In this document: positions 35,991 through 56,432 of the stretch, piece by piece
How the letters are laid out: the number at the start of each line of letters is the position of its first letter
Numbering within the stretch: position 1 is the stretch's first letter
Assembly: GCA_950097015.1 (NCBI GenBank)
Contig: CATNEN010000001.1
Coordinates: 16,492,001-16,556,000 of the forward strand
Direction of reading: 5' to 3'
DNA: 64,000 nucleotides
From: Macrostomum hystrix
Taxonomy: Eukaryota > Animalia > Platyhelminthes
Position numbers and translations under genes: made by a program
Notes under the pieces: model-generated
Told to the model about the DNA's origin: nothing
The model's database searches: none
What the model saw: only the letters and a program-made list of their open reading frames with translations

Positions 35991-38900
35991 ATCCAACACC
36001 AGAAATGTCGCAGTGGTCCATGTGGACTCGAGACCATGGCTCACTTTCAGCTGGCCAAACATCAATCTTCCTCGGCAGCACTGGTCGAGTTTCTGAGCAC
36101 TGCTGGCACCGCTGCACAAAATCTCGGACATCTCGATCCAGGCCAGGCCACCAGAACTCCTTGGCAATGTGCGCCTTGGTGTTGTCCGCGCTCGGGTGCA
36201 CTTCATCATGGGCAGCCTCTAGAATCCGCCTGCGGAGAATGGGTGGCGGCACAATTCTGGTTCCATGGATCACCAAACCGTCTTCCACTGACAATGCTTC
36301 CCGGCACGCCTTGTACGGCCTTTCAACCTGCGACACCTGGCCCCATCTGCCTGATCTGATTCTCTGCTGCAGCCGTCTCAGCAGCGAGCACATCTTGGTC
36401 CCTTCTCGTAGCTCCTGAAGAGTCACCAGCGTCCCTTCCGAGATGAACTCTGACTCCAGCTGATGGACCGACTCATTCAGCAGGTCTTTGTTGACAAAGC
36501 TCAGGCGAGACAAAGCATCAGCATCCACCATCAGCCTTCCAGGCACGTACTCCACCTCATAGTCAAAAGCCGATAGCCGCAGGGCCCAGCGCGTTAATCT
36601 TGCCGACACAGTTTTAGGCAGGTTTTTACTCGGATTGAAGATGTACTTCAGAGGCTCATGGTCCGTCTGAAGCGTGAACCTCTTGCCCAGCAGCATCTTG
36701 CGAGCTCTTTCCACCGCCCACACAATGGCCAGCGCCTCTCTCTCAATGTTCGAATAGTTCGCTTCAGCTTTTGTCAAGGCACGAGACAGGTACATGACAG
36801 GATGGCCGGACTGAACTAAGACAGCTCCTAACGACTGCTCGCTAGCATCGACTCGCAGGCACACTGGGGCGCTGACGTCAAACGGTTTCACGCACGGATT
36901 CGAACTCAGGCACTCCTTCACTTGGGCGAAAGCTGCTTCAGCTGCCGGACTCCAGTCAAACACACGATCCAATTGGAGAAGTTCCTGCAGCGGCCGGCAC
37001 TTCTCGGCAAAATTGGGGACCAGCCGACCATAAAACTGGGCCAGCCCCAGAAAGCGCTCCAAATCTTTCTTGTTCCTCGGAGCTTCAACTTGCTGAATTC
37101 TCAGAACCATTCCGGGATCTGGTTTAATTCCCTCGACATCAATGATATGGCCCAGGAACTTAAGACTGCTAGCCTCCATGATGCACTTAGCCTCATTGAT
37201 TTTCACATTCGCTGCTCGCAGCTTGCCTAGCACCACTTCCCGGATGTTCTCCAGCTCTGCATGGGACACCGCTCCCATGAGGACGTCATCCTGGTACACA
37301 ATCACGCTCGGGTGCTCACCCAGCAGCTTCTCCATCTCACGCTGAAACACCGAAGGAGAGACCTTAATGCCGTACGGCAGGCGGTTGAATCGGTAGCAGC
37401 CGAACGGCGTGTTGATGGTGGTGATGTCCTTGGACTCGTCCTCCAGCGGAATCTGATAGTAGGCGTCAGACAGGTCCAGTCGGCAGAACAGCTTTTTGTT
37501 GGCCATCTTGGAGAATGCGGTCTCAATTGATGGGGTCAGGTACGTTTGATCCTGCACCCACTGATTGACCGCCGTATAGTCTCCACAGATCCGCACCGAC
37601 ACCTTGTCCGACTTCACGGTCACCACGATCGGGCTGCCCCACTCAGACGACGCTACCTTCTTGACTATTCCCGCCTTCTCCATCAGGTCCAGCTCCTTCT
37701 TCACTAACGGCCGCAAAGCTAACGGCAGCTCGCGGGCTGGTTGAAAAATCGGCCGAGCTCCTGCCTTTAACCGAATCTCTCCTAAGGCTCCCTTGATGCC
37801 CAACAGACTCTCATACCTGTTGTTGCTGGCTGGCCCCGCCTCGTTCGAATGGTGCGCTGGCAGCGAGCTCAACAGGTCCCTGCCGAGCAGTCCGAACTTC
37901 TGCTGGCAGTCAATGACAGGCAGCTCCGCCGCGATGAAACAGCCGTCAGAGCCATCAGTCTCTAGAAGGCACTCCAGGATGCCGAGCTGCTTCATCACAT
38001 GGCCGTCATAAGCCAGCATTCGTGATTTCACTGACTTTAGTGCCGGCCTTCCAAGATCCTCCCAGATCCTTTTCGAGATTAACGAGCACGAGGCGCCGCT
38101 GTCCTTCTCCATCTTCACCTGCTTGCTGTTGATTCGCACCATGCAGAAGGCGGCCGGGCTGCCCTCGCCGCAGTAGAACACCGGATCGTCGCGGGTCACT
38201 ACTGAGACGGCACCCTTGGCTTCGGTCGGTGTGGCGAAGTGAGTCCTGGCGCTCCGACAGACCTTGGCGAAGTGGCCGTGTTTCCCGCACTGATTGCAGG
38301 TGGCCTTCAGAGCCCAGCAGTCAGTAGGCCGGCGATGTGACATTCGGCCGCAGCGCTGGCAGCTTTGAGCCTCATTCGGCTGCCTCTGCTTCCACTTCTG
38401 AACTGCATTCACGCTATCCACTTCTAGCTCCTTTGCTGGCATCTCAGGTGTCATGCTATCCATCTGGTGCACCGTGGTGTCCAGCGCAGCTGAGGCCCCT
38501 GACGAGAAAGTGCTCACCATCTGAAGCTGCTGAACATAGTCGGTGATCTGGTCGACGGATAACGCAGCCGTGACCTCGCGCTCGAGAACCTTGCTCCTGA
38601 CCTCCTGATTGTTGAGGCCGGCGATGAGTCGCATCTTGACCAGCTGCTCTGCTGGGTCAACGTCCTTGTCCTTCAGCTTTTCAAACTCGCACGCCACAGC
38701 CTGTTCTCGAAGACGGGCGGCAAATCCTGCTATGGTCTCGCCCTCGCCCTGGCGCAGGGACATAAAGGCCGCTCTCTCTGCGATCAGCAGCCTCTTCTGC
38801 GGTTCCAGAAACTTTACTAGACTCGACTTGATGTCGTTCCATTTCATCTTTGAAAGCTGACTAGGTGCAACCAGCTGCTTCACCTTGATGAGCTGGGCTA

Positions 38901-39054
38901 CTCCGAGGCAGCCCAGGAAAGCGTCAGTCAGTGCCAGGTTGCCATCGGTGTCCTGAATTCCTTTTGATCGCGCCTGTGCGTCAAAAACTTCAACCCATGC
39001 TCGCAGCTCATCTATACTGCCGAGGGGCAATGGGTCCCGCAGCTTGATTGACAT
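35890..39054 (-). CDS. Gag-Pol polyprotein (two CCHC knuckles, protease DSG, RT YQDD, RNase H, integrase HHCC)
   Basis: CQRCGRMSH..C, CNQCGKHGHFAKVC, KDSGASCS, RLPYG, YQDDVL, VDAS, TDHEPL, ADALSR, H..H..CQQC; domain order PR-RT-RH-IN. Confidence 0.95.
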   Translation of the reverse strand: MSIKLRDPLPLGSIDELRAWVEVFDAQARSKGIQDTDGNLALTDAFLGCLGVAQLIKVKQLVAPSQLSKMKWNDIKSSLVKFLEPQKRLLIAERAAFMSLRQGEGETIAGFAARLREQAVACEFEKLKDKDVDPAEQLVKMRLIAGLNNQEVRSKVLEREVTAALSVDQITDYVQQLQMVSTFSSGASAALDTTVHQMDSMTPEMPAKELEVDSVNAVQKWKQRQPNEAQSCQRCGRMSHRRPTDCWALKATCNQCGKHGHFAKVCRSARTHFATPTEAKGAVSVVTRDDPVFYCGEGSPAAFCMVRINSKQVKMEKDSGASCSLISKRIWEDLGRPALKSVKSRMLAYDGHVMKQLGILECLLETDGSDGCFIAAELPVIDCQQKFGLLGRDLLSSLPAHHSNEAGPASNNRYESLLGIKGALGEIRLKAGARPIFQPARELPLALRPLVKKELDLMEKAGIVKKVASSEWGSPIVVTVKSDKVSVRICGDYTAVNQWVQDQTYLTPSIETAFSKMANKKLFCRLDLSDAYYQIPLEDESKDITTINTPFGCYRFNRLPYGIKVSPSVFQREMEKLLGEHPSVIVYQDDVLMGAVSHAELENIREVVLGKLRAANVKINEAKCIMEASSLKFLGHIIDVEGIKPDPGMVLRIQQVEAPRNKKDLERFLGLAQFYGRLVPNFAEKCRPLQELLQLDRVFDWSPAAEAAFAQVKECLSSNPCVKPFDVSAPVCLRVDASEQSLGAVLVQSGHPVMYLSRALTKAEANYSNIEREALAIVWAVERARKMLLGKRFTLQTDHEPLKYIFNPSKNLPKTVSARLTRWALRLSAFDYEVEYVPGRLMVDADALSRLSFVNKDLLNESVHQLESEFISEGTLVTLQELREGTKMCSLLRRLQQRIRSGRWGQVSQVERPYKACREALSVEDGLVIHGTRIVPPPILRRRILEAAHDEVHPSADNTKAHIAKEFWWPGLDRDVRDFVQRCQQCSETRPVLPRKIDVWPAESEPWSRVHMDHCDISGVGLVLDCSCCCLTPTQAGLRRFRCRTDRLTAFCVF

Positions 39055-40766
39055 CCAACAATCCTGCTTGCGACGCCAAAATGTTAACCGAGACAAGCCA
39101 AGGCGAGAGATTGCGAGGTGTCGAAACCCTCAACGAGAGAAACAGGCGATAGCTATGCGATAGCCAATATATTGTAGCTCAATAACACACTGGAGTTGAG
39201 CAGCTCCAACCCCAGGACTAAAACCAGCCATGTACATGCACTAATAGATAAGCAATATAACGACAGCACGCGCACAGCTGGACTGAGTGAAAACACGTAC
39301 ATAGCCAGCCAATAACAACGCAACGCACAGTGAGGCCCGCCTAGCCCAGAGCCACGCAGAGTGAACAGTCTAACAGGGCCCTATTGGTGGAATAAATTCT
39401 TATAATTATTATGAAATACGCTAGTCTGATACTGCTCTGTCTGGTGCAATTTCTAGAGAGTTTTGTTGCCCGGCAACAAGCGCTGACGCTTGTTTGTAGT
39501 TAAAAATAGACAGCCAGGCTGGCTAATGAGAGTGGAGTTGCACTTTGGGCATTTATCCCCAAATTTATTACTGCTCAGCATTTTGTCTACTCAAGCATTT
39601 CTCTTGCCGCCGATTGCAGTAGAGCGAGTCCCGAGACAAGCTGACGCCATTTTTGGGATAGGGCGTACAGGCCCGGTACATAATTCAATTGCACTTAGTT
39701 TGCGCTCGATATTTCCCAAAATCGCGATCTTTAAGCTGTTTGTTGGCCTGGCTATCGCTGACGTAGGAGTCACGCTGCGACTGTAAAATAAACAATTTTG
39801 TGGGCCTGTAATGACTTATCTTCTAGAAAGTTTAACCTTCAAAGTTTAACCTATAGACTGTTAAACCTGGCCCCATTCGATCGGCAGTACAGATGCTTCC
39901 AAGGGCAGAGAACAACCGTTGTCTTTGTCTTCATGGGCTGAGATTCGAACTACTGACGTCTAGCTTCAGAAGTTTGAAGCTCTACAGAATAACTGCGGCC
40001 CATTTATGCTGCATGTTTAGTTCTTTCGCTCTTAGTGATTCTACTAATCATATTCAGTTAGCAACAATTTGCTGCAGGGCTGATATTAATGCTTTGCTTT
40101 CACATGCTTTATAATCAGTTTTTTCAGCTGCAAATCGTTTTCACCCACCGGGTCAGTTTAAAGCCAGGCCATTTAATAAATGCAGTATCGCCACAACGCT
40201 GACCACACAATGGGAAGGCGAATGAAGCAGGATTTATTGGATAGGGAGGGTTTTTTTAAGGCGAGAGGTGAGTCAACAGTGCTCACCCGGGTGCAAGTTG
40301 GGGGTGAATCTTGAAAACAGACCGATCGGGCTGAGTGCCAGGGCTGGGGTGGTGGGGAGAATTCTCCCCAATCAGCACGGCGAACCTTCGCATTCCATTC
40401 CGTCCGTTCTACTCAGTTCGCTTTTTTCTCCCGAGGCAAGTCCCGTGCAGAGTGCTGTAGGGCAATATAAAGAACCGCGTCCTCTTGACTTGACTGTAGA
40501 ATTTTTTTCTCAGTTTTACAGCCAAAAATCTGAGCGGACTTGCAGGCAAAAAAAGCTGAGGAAAGGGAGTTTTTTGAGCGTGAAAAGAAACACCTGCAGA
40601 TTCTGCGGCGGATTCACCCGGAAACGACCGGAATTTTGATTGGCAACCAGACAGCATTAGAGTAAAGCAGCAAGTGGTTTGCACGCGTAGCATTTTCTGC
40701 TTTCTCTGCTAGTAGCTTAGCCTACTCTGGCTGACCAGCTCAGTTGGTAGTAAAGAAAGCCCAGCA

Positions 40767-41582
40767 ATGGGTGTGATCATGAAGCAGGTGTGGATTAGCA
40801 GCGAGTGCCGCAAGCTCGTGTCCCACAAGCTGCAGCGCCGCCTCGTCATCATCTCCGTGGTGCTCGGCGTCGCTTTATTTCTTTTGTTTCTCGGCGGCCT
40901 GATGTGGGCCCTTATAGCGGCCAATCGCGATCCTTCAGTAAACCTCGCAGCTCTCAAGTACGTCTCCTATGCCTTTTTCGGCATCGGTGGCTTCGGCCTG
41001 GTGGCCTTCTCTGTAATGTGGCTGCTGTTCGTTCGAGACGCCAAGTTCGAGATTCATCAGCAGGAGCTGCGGCACGCGCCCGACCTGTTCCGCTTCCCAC
41101 CGCCAGAGCCAGAAGATGAGTCGGCACCGCCGTCTGTCTCCGTGGCCGGTGCTGAGGAGAGCACCCAGATGACTGACTTGCACGGCGCCAGCCATCCGGA
41201 CCTGGTCGTGGCGGTCGCGGTTGAAGTCACTGCGCCGCGCGAACGGCCTGGAGTCGTCTCCTCGGACGGTACTCGACACCCCAGCGAGTCGTCCTGGACC
41301 ACCGGGAGTGTCTACGACCCGGCCAGCCCGTCCGGCGGAATCGCGTCGACTTCTTCAGAGAGGCCATTGACTGCGGCGCTCCCGGGTCGATATCACCGGG
41401 GCGCTCGCCTGCACAGCGACATGCCTCGGCCTCGGGCTGTGAGCCAGACCGATTCGCTCTACGAAGTGTCGGCAATGCCCGCGTCGCCGTCTGCTGCAGT
41501 CATCCTAGAGCCGACAAGCCTGTACTTGTCCCGTCCCAGCTCTGTGACCACCAGCAGCAGTAAGGAGCGATTTATTGTTTGA
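40767..41582 (+). CDS. 271-aa intronless two-transmembrane protein with S/P-rich tail, unknown family
   Basis: ATG ORF with coding-like composition; two hydrophobic helices (~aa 27-50, ~65-89). Confidence 0.7.
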   Translation: MGVIMKQVWISSECRKLVSHKLQRRLVIISVVLGVALFLLFLGGLMWALIAANRDPSVNLAALKYVSYAFFGIGGFGLVAFSVMWLLFVRDAKFEIHQQELRHAPDLFRFPPPEPEDESAPPSVSVAGAEESTQMTDLHGASHPDLVVAVAVEVTAPRERPGVVSSDGTRHPSESSWTTGSVYDPASPSGGIASTSSERPLTAALPGRYHRGARLHSDMPRPRAVSQTDSLYEVSAMPASPSAAVILEPTSLYLSRPSSVTTSSSKERFIV

Positions 41583-42349
41583 TATTCCATGTACAGCGAG
41601 GCGGAGGGACTCCACTGCTTCACAATAACCAGAGATGGGGCCCAGTCCATGGACTGAACAGCTGTAAGCTTGCGGTGCAACTGCCAGTACATGCGCCTCA
41701 ACTGGGTAAGGTGCGTTATCAATCAACCATCTATGGACGGATGGTGTCTCTCTCTCTCAAATGCGTCAATCTATTGATATTGATAAACAAGTTTTCATAA
41801 TCTCGTTACACTGCAATGCCTGCAACCCTTTGCACCTCAAATCCATTGCCTATCGTTTGACAAAGCAAAAATGGTTTATTACTCAGAATTGTGGATAATT
41901 GTGTTGATTGCAAACCGAAATTCTTTCATGGCATCCAAATTCAAGCATTCGCTCTTCCTGTTACCGGTAAAGCAACTACTAAAAAAAATAATGGCTTATA
42001 CTCGAAATTGTTGCTTAAAGTGCATTCATGAGACACTGTTTATTCTGTGCTGCTTTTTTACTCTTTAAGATGTTCCTATAGGACTGAAGAAAATTCATCG
42101 CCCCATAAATAAATAATATTGTAATGCCGGAAAAATGACTACTCAAATATATACACCTCTATATTCGTAATGGCAAAATTTCTAGTAATTCCGTGTATTA
42201 TCAGTTCTTAAGTATAGAATCGTTTGTTATTACTCTAATAACAGAAGTTAAAAAAGTCTTTGATTTGCACCGACGCATCAATAAGCCAGCGAGGACCAAA
42301 GATCTCAGTGCCTTCAGTAAATCAGAAAATACTCGTAATAATAATCATA

Positions 42350-42620
42350 TTTAATAATTGATTACACCTGCACCGATTGGGCCAGATGTGCAGCCGACAG
42401 CACAGCCGCAGATGTTGCGCGGCGCATCTGAAGGTTGCGTACTCAGTTACCCCAGCTAATGCTGGTACCCATTTAACAGCTGGGTGAACTGATGCAATGT
42501 AGTGTTAAGTGTCCTGCTAGAGGACAATGGACACAAATTGTTCCAGTGGAGTCGGGAATCGAACCCCCGACCTTCAAGTCGTGACTCCGGCGCTCTAGTC
42601 ACTAGGCTACAATACCTCAA
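42350..42620 (-). mobile_element. tRNA-derived SINE
   Basis: Reverse complement of the 58525-58830 family. Confidence 0.85.
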
Positions 42621-43958
42621 CAGGATAGCGATAGCGAAACAGGATATAAAGTCTGTTTTTTAGTTGGTCACATGTGGACAATGTGAAACAACTGCAGTGT
42701 TAGTATTTGAGTATGATTGATTTGTTCACTTTATATTTTGTAGCATTTTTTATAACGCACGCACTGTATTAGGCCTCTTAAAATGATTCGAATAAAATGA
42801 TTTTGTAGTACGAGTGCATTAAAAAAATTATTGAAATGGCTATTTTGCTCTGCTGTTGCACAATGCAGTATTGCTTTTAAAATGACAGACAATGATAATC
42901 TTTGAGATCAGTGCAATATTTTCCAGTCACTGGTAAATAACTACATTTTCTCCCCATACCAGAGCAGTACAAAAATGAGTCGAAAAGGACTTTATGAGCC
43001 GTTGAGTCAGAGTATAGACAAGCAGTACTCTCATTAGAACTACCGTTGACTGCTACCCCAGTTTAAGAGGCAACACTAGAGACAATCAGAAAGAAAAGTG
43101 CTCAGCTGAGAAAACGATTCAGCAATGGGAAAATTCCCTATTAGCTCCAGGCCCTGCCAGCTCTGAATCAACTGACAAGTCTCACTTGCTTCCGGGAACA
43201 CAAAACGTTTCTAGACAATTGGAAGTAAAAAAGAAGAAATGGTCAGGCATTAATGGGTTAGACCCTTTTGAAGCACTAATGTACTGTAATGTTTTAAGTC
43301 CACAATGTTTTTACTATTTCCAATAAATTCGCCTTCTTTCTAACAACAAGAGCTATTCTGTTTCTAGTGCTGTACACAAGATTGACGCAAGCTGTTTTGC
43401 TGACATTATGACTAATAAAAGCTTTGCAGAGAATGAGATGCAGTCAGCTGTTCCGTTTGATAGCACACCAAATTAGCGAATTCAAGCGCAATTATTTTCG
43501 GAACACAAAAAAGCAGCGACAAACACTCTCTGAGTAGCGAAGTGTATTTACTAGCTTAATAAAAAAGAGAAAAAATAGAGTTTACACTGAGTTTGACGTC
43601 ACAATACACAAATTATTGCGGTGCATCAAAGCTTAACAGGCTTAGAGAGAAAGCTGGTGTCATTGGTGTGTGAGAAGCACTTTACAGGAAAAACAGTTTG
43701 TACAGATTTTTTGCTGAAAATAAGAGCTTGCTTGTTATTTATCGTCATGAAGGGATGAGTAAATGTGAGTTGTTCTTATTTCAAAGCCTAAGAAGAGCAC
43801 AAGGTATACAGACAAGCCCAAAAGGAAGAATGTAGGTGTCACAGAAACTGCGATTTAAATCAAAATATTTTCACTGTCTGATGCTGGACAGAACCTTAAA
43901 AACACAAAACACCTCCGATATGGACATTGTGTTAGCCGTTTGTCAATCTGCGGGCGCA

Positions 43959-51725
<7,767 letters not shown>

Positions 51726-53923
51726 TGTAGCGCCTATGTATTACCAGCCCCTTCCTGTAATTACGAGTATCAAAGGCGGCTAATCACTGAGTGCTATGTG
51801 AATGCTGTGTGTTGCAGAAACAGAAACTGTTTTACAGCTGAACACTCAAGACCGTCTGCTGGGAGTGTCGTCTTTGTGTTGAATTGCCGAATCGGATGCT
51901 AAATTCTTACAGTTTAGTACGAGAGTTGCCAAGCATCAAACCCGAAGTCAAAGTTTGCTTCCTCACCGTTTCAGCGAGCCGAGTCTCGGATTCTTTCTAG
52001 CAGCTGCCGACTCCTCCTCCGTCGGGTAAGTCGGCGCCGTGGCCAACCTCGGCAGTTGCTGCTGCTGCTGCCGCTGCTGATGCCTCTGCAGCTGCTGAGC
52101 AGTCAGAGCTGCCGGCCTGAGCGGTGGCTTCGGCTGCTGCTGTTGCTGTTTCAAGGATGGCGCTGAAGCGGCGACAAAGTAGGGCGATTGAGGAGAGGAC
52201 TTTTGAATTTGAAGCTCCTGCTGAGGCTGCTGCTGCTGCTGCTGCTGCTGTTGCGCGGACTTGTCAGTGCCACCGCTGCCGAAGCTCCCGCCACCGACGC
52301 TGCCGCTGCCGACGCTGCTGCTGCTGCAGCTGCTGCCTATCGTGGTGTCATGCGAAATCAGAGAATCGAATTAACGACGAGGGCTCGAAATTGCTCCAGG
52401 CCAAAGAGGGCACGTGACTATAGGAAGCCGAATGAGGCTGTTGTTGGGAATGCAAAAGCGAACGACCTCTCTACTAACTCAAGTTCCTGCTGCTGCAAAC
52501 GGGCCCCCTTTGTGCCCCGCAGCCAGTCTATATAGCCCCTCCATGCCTGTTTTTTGCGAATCTGACAGGGCGTCGGGTTCTGAGGTGCTCCGTGCATTCC
52601 CCTCACCCAGACCGAGGGAGGCGGTCTTGTGAAAGCCGAGAAGGCGAGACAGACAGCGAAAAGAAGAAGATGAGAAAAATAGACACAGAGAAGGGGGAAG
52701 GGCGGAGAAGGGCAGGAGGATTATGCGAAGTCTGAGTAGCCACGGCAGAGCAGGAAGTGACGCTGGCAAGTTTGAGAGCAACGCATCGGGGTGGGCACTC
52801 GACGACTCACCTTTCAAACTGCCCATTACGTAGGAGAAAAATAGGGGAAAAATAGGGGGAAGCAGTGATTTCTTAGTCTCAAATTTAGTCTCTTTCATCT
52901 CGTATTTTTCTAGCTAGGCCTCCCTCTGAAGCGGTTTTAACGAGATCATGTCCCCTGCGCCTCAGACGGGGTCACGGGACAGGAAGGCGATGCTGGAGAA
53001 GCGGGAAGAGCTCGAGGCGCTTGGCTCGGAACTGACCCCGAGATGCGTGAGGATGCAGCGAGTGACTGAGGCGGAGGGGAGATGGGGGAAGGAAGCGAGG
53101 GTTACTGGGGCGAGTGTGTCACATAGAAACTAATATAACACATAAGGCTCGGAAGCAATATTTCTCTCGGATAGGAGCTCGAGTCGAAGAAGACTTGGCC
53201 CAGCACAGCATACTGTTCGTGTCAGTTTTCCCAATCTGCGTGCAAGATAAGGGGATAATCTCCGTGGCCGACTTAGCCGACTCAGACGAGCATAGGCGGT
53301 AATACGAGGAGGACCCTAGCCTCATCGTCTGGAGTCAGTTTGCAGACTAAAAGCTAATGCGGATTCGTTAATTTATCCCACCTATTTATTCATGCGGCCA
53401 GTGCAACGCACATTGCGTCTGAGACTTGCATTAATAAACCACACATGCCAATCGCCAGCAAGGCAGAGGACAAGATGTGAGCACAGTTGTTAGAATTCCT
53501 CAGGGTGTGGCCTCAGATGTCTTTGTCAAGACGGCGCATGTCTCAGCACACAAAGAATCTAGGGTTTGCCGGATCGAACGGAAATGATGCTGTAAAAATA
53601 TATCTGCACAACTGAAGTCGAGCTGCGTGGCCACTCCCACTGACTTCACAAAATCGACATTAGTGTAATAAATTAGGTCCGTGAGCTTGCGGCCGGGTAT
53701 TAGCCCAAACATAGGAATCAATAGGTCCAATCAATGCCTTAGAAGCTTAGTTCAGGGACACGGACACACAGGTATAGATCTGCTAGTCAACTTCTTCAGC
53801 GCAGGCTGTGATCAGTGAAGGCAAACAAACACTGAAAACAGTCCAAAATCCCCATTGCTTCAGCGCTATACCTGCCTTTACCTAGCTCTGATTTCCTCTC
53901 TCCCCTGCATTACTTCCTCCCCC

Positions 53924-53924
<1 letters not shown>

Positions 53925-53964
<40 letters not shown>
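53925..53964. repeat. (GT)n microsatellite
   Basis: Direct inspection. Confidence 0.97.
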
Positions 53965-53966
<2 letters not shown>

Positions 53967-54589
53967 TGTGCGTGCGATTCTGCACTACAAAGATGGAGCT
54001 GCCGCAACGCTGGACTCATTCATTGTCACCGCAAGGAAGCAAGTTAGGGCTAGGAGAAGCAGAGAGAACCGGGAGTAGGTCGGGTAGAGAAATGCACTTG
54101 GACTACCAATTCAGCAGTCGGGATAATGACAATCTGCGCTCCCCTGCCCCAGTCTCATTGTGCTCCCTTCGTCTCAATTAAGCGATCGGCAGGCCGAGAA
54201 TTTGGCCTGAGGGGCGGCCTCGCGTCCTTCTGGATGCAGCCTCCTTCTGCTTCTTGTTGGCCAGAGGCGGATTGGAGGAGCCCGTCATGGAGGAAAAAAC
54301 TGCTGCATCTCGAGGCCTCTTCTATCCCCCTGCTCCACTTTCTCCCTCTCCACTGTATCCGGGAGTGTTTATAGTGTTGCCAAATGCTGCCTGTTTCCCT
54401 GCTGAGCCGCGTAGAGGATTGCTCACTTGAGTTCGCTGAGCTGGGACAGTGCTTTGTACCTTTGCGCGGCTACGCACGATACTAATAAACGTTTGTGCCG
54501 CCCCCAACATTTTCTTTTCTGTGACTTCTCACAGCCTCCTCGTCTTTACTGCTCGTGTAGCACCAGAATCTAAGCCAACTTAACTGCTC

Positions 54590-54890
54590 ATCGATTCAGA
54601 TCACCCAGCTGTAAAATCGGTTCCAGCATCAGCTGTGGTAATTCAGGGAGGGTGTGTGGCGTCCCATTGGGAGTTGTAATGTGTTCTCATAGTATTAATA
54701 ATAATAATTGAGCACAGCTGCCCCAATTGGGCCGGATGTGCAGCCGACAGCACAGCCGCAGCTATTGCGCGGCGCATCTGAAGGCTGCGTACAACTGTAC
54801 AGTCCATGGACTGGAGCGACGCTACACCCAACCTTAATTACTAATTAAACAGCTGAAGCAGCACAAAGTCTTGCTAAAGGACACAAATCG
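54590..54890 (-). mobile_element. Rearranged SINE fragments
   Basis: Same family as 58525-58830; a short plus-strand piece abuts a minus-strand copy. Confidence 0.7.
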
Positions 54891-55502
54891 GGCTGTAACC
54901 CGTAGCTACAAACGACCTGTTCTAAGCAGCTTTTAAATGTGCTGTAAGACAATGTGCTAAACAGTAGCAAAGGCTTCTCCCAGGCCATTTCTCTAATATT
55001 CTTTAGTGATTCCTTCAATTTATTTCTTGGACTTTAATCACTTACACAGGTGCACATTCACCGCTTGAAGCGATAGATGACCTTAATTTATCAAGGATTA
55101 GAATTAGACAAATTCAGTTCTGACAGCAATCGTGCGCGAGGAAAGGATGCGAGAGAAATCAGTAGGAAAATTCTTGTCTGACTGACGAAATTATTAATTT
55201 TAATTAATTCTCGGGTTCAGTTTAAAAAATCTCACGTTTTTTTTTAAAAAAATCATCTCTAATTAATTGTCGCCAAATACTACAGCTAACGGCGGTTTCT
55301 GAATTTTAGTGCAGTTGCTTACAGGCAGTTCAAACTGAGGACACCCGCTTCTTATTCTCAACCTCCCTCTGCCTTCGCCTTCGCCTCTGCTTTCGCCTCT
55401 CACTCTTCTAATGCCAACTCACTCTGTGTTTATTCATCTCTCCATCCACATTATTAGCTTTTTCCTCCTCTCCTACTTACTACACTTATCTCCCCCTATA
55501 AC

Positions 55503-56432
55503 TCCCCATTCTCCCCATTCTACCCTTCTCTCCCTATTCTATCCTTCTCTCCCCATTCTATCCTTCTCTCCCCATTCTACCCTTCTCTCCCCATTCTACC
55601 CTTCTCTCCCCATTCTACCTTTCTCTCCCCATTCTACCCTTCTCTCCCCATTCTATCCTTCTCTCCCCATTCTACCCTTCTCTCCCCATTCTACCCTTCT
55701 CTCCCCATTCTACCCTTCTCTCCCCATTCTACCCTTCTCTCCCCATTCTACCCTTCTCTCCCCATTCTACCCTTCTCTCCCCATTCTACCCTTCTCTCCC
55801 CATTCTACCCTTCTCTCCCCATTCTACCCTTCTCTCCCCATTCTACCTTTCTCTCCCCATTCTACCTTTCTCTCCCCATTCTACCCTTCTCTCCCCATTC
55901 TACCCTTCTCTCCCCATTCTACCTTTCTCTCCCCATTCTACCCTTCTCTCCCCATTCTACCCTTCTCTCCCCATTCTACCCTTCTCTCCCCATTCTACCC
56001 TTCTCTCCCCATTCTACCCTTCTCTCCCCATTCTACCTTTCTCTCCCCATTCTACCCTTCTCTCCCCATTCTACCCTTCTCTCCCCATTCTACCCTTCTC
56101 TCCCCATTCTACCCTTCTCTCCCCATTCTACCCTTCTCTCCCCATTCTACCTTTCTCTCCCCATTCTACCCTTCTCTCCCCATTCTACCCTTCTCTCCCC
56201 ATTCTACCTTTCTCTCCCATTCAACCCTTCTCTCCCCATTCTACCCTTCTCTCCCCATTCTACCCTTCTCTCCCCATTCTACCTTTCTCTCCCCATTCTA
56301 CCCTTCTCTCCCCATTCAACCCTTCTCTCCCCATTCTACCCTTCTCTCCCCATTCTACCCTTCTCTCCCCATTCTACCTTTCTCTCCCCATTCTACCCTT
56401 CTCTCCCCATTCTACCCTTCTCTCCCCATTCT
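55503..56432. repeat. 19-bp polypyrimidine minisatellite (CCCCATTCTACCCTTCTCT)
   Basis: Direct inspection. Confidence 0.97.

Larger units (their letters stand above)
34803..39375 (-). mobile_element. Full-length Ty3/Gypsy LTR retrotransposon, recent insertion
   Basis: LTRs 34803-35098 and 39082-39375 (TGTTA...TAACA, differing by a 2-bp indel), GGGCC 5-bp TSD, PBS TGGCGTCGCAAGCAGGAT, PPT GCGGGGAGCAG. Confidence 0.97.

Noticed and set aside
52550-53345. Possible solo LTR with weak inverted ends
   Set aside because: No target-site duplication or second copy found
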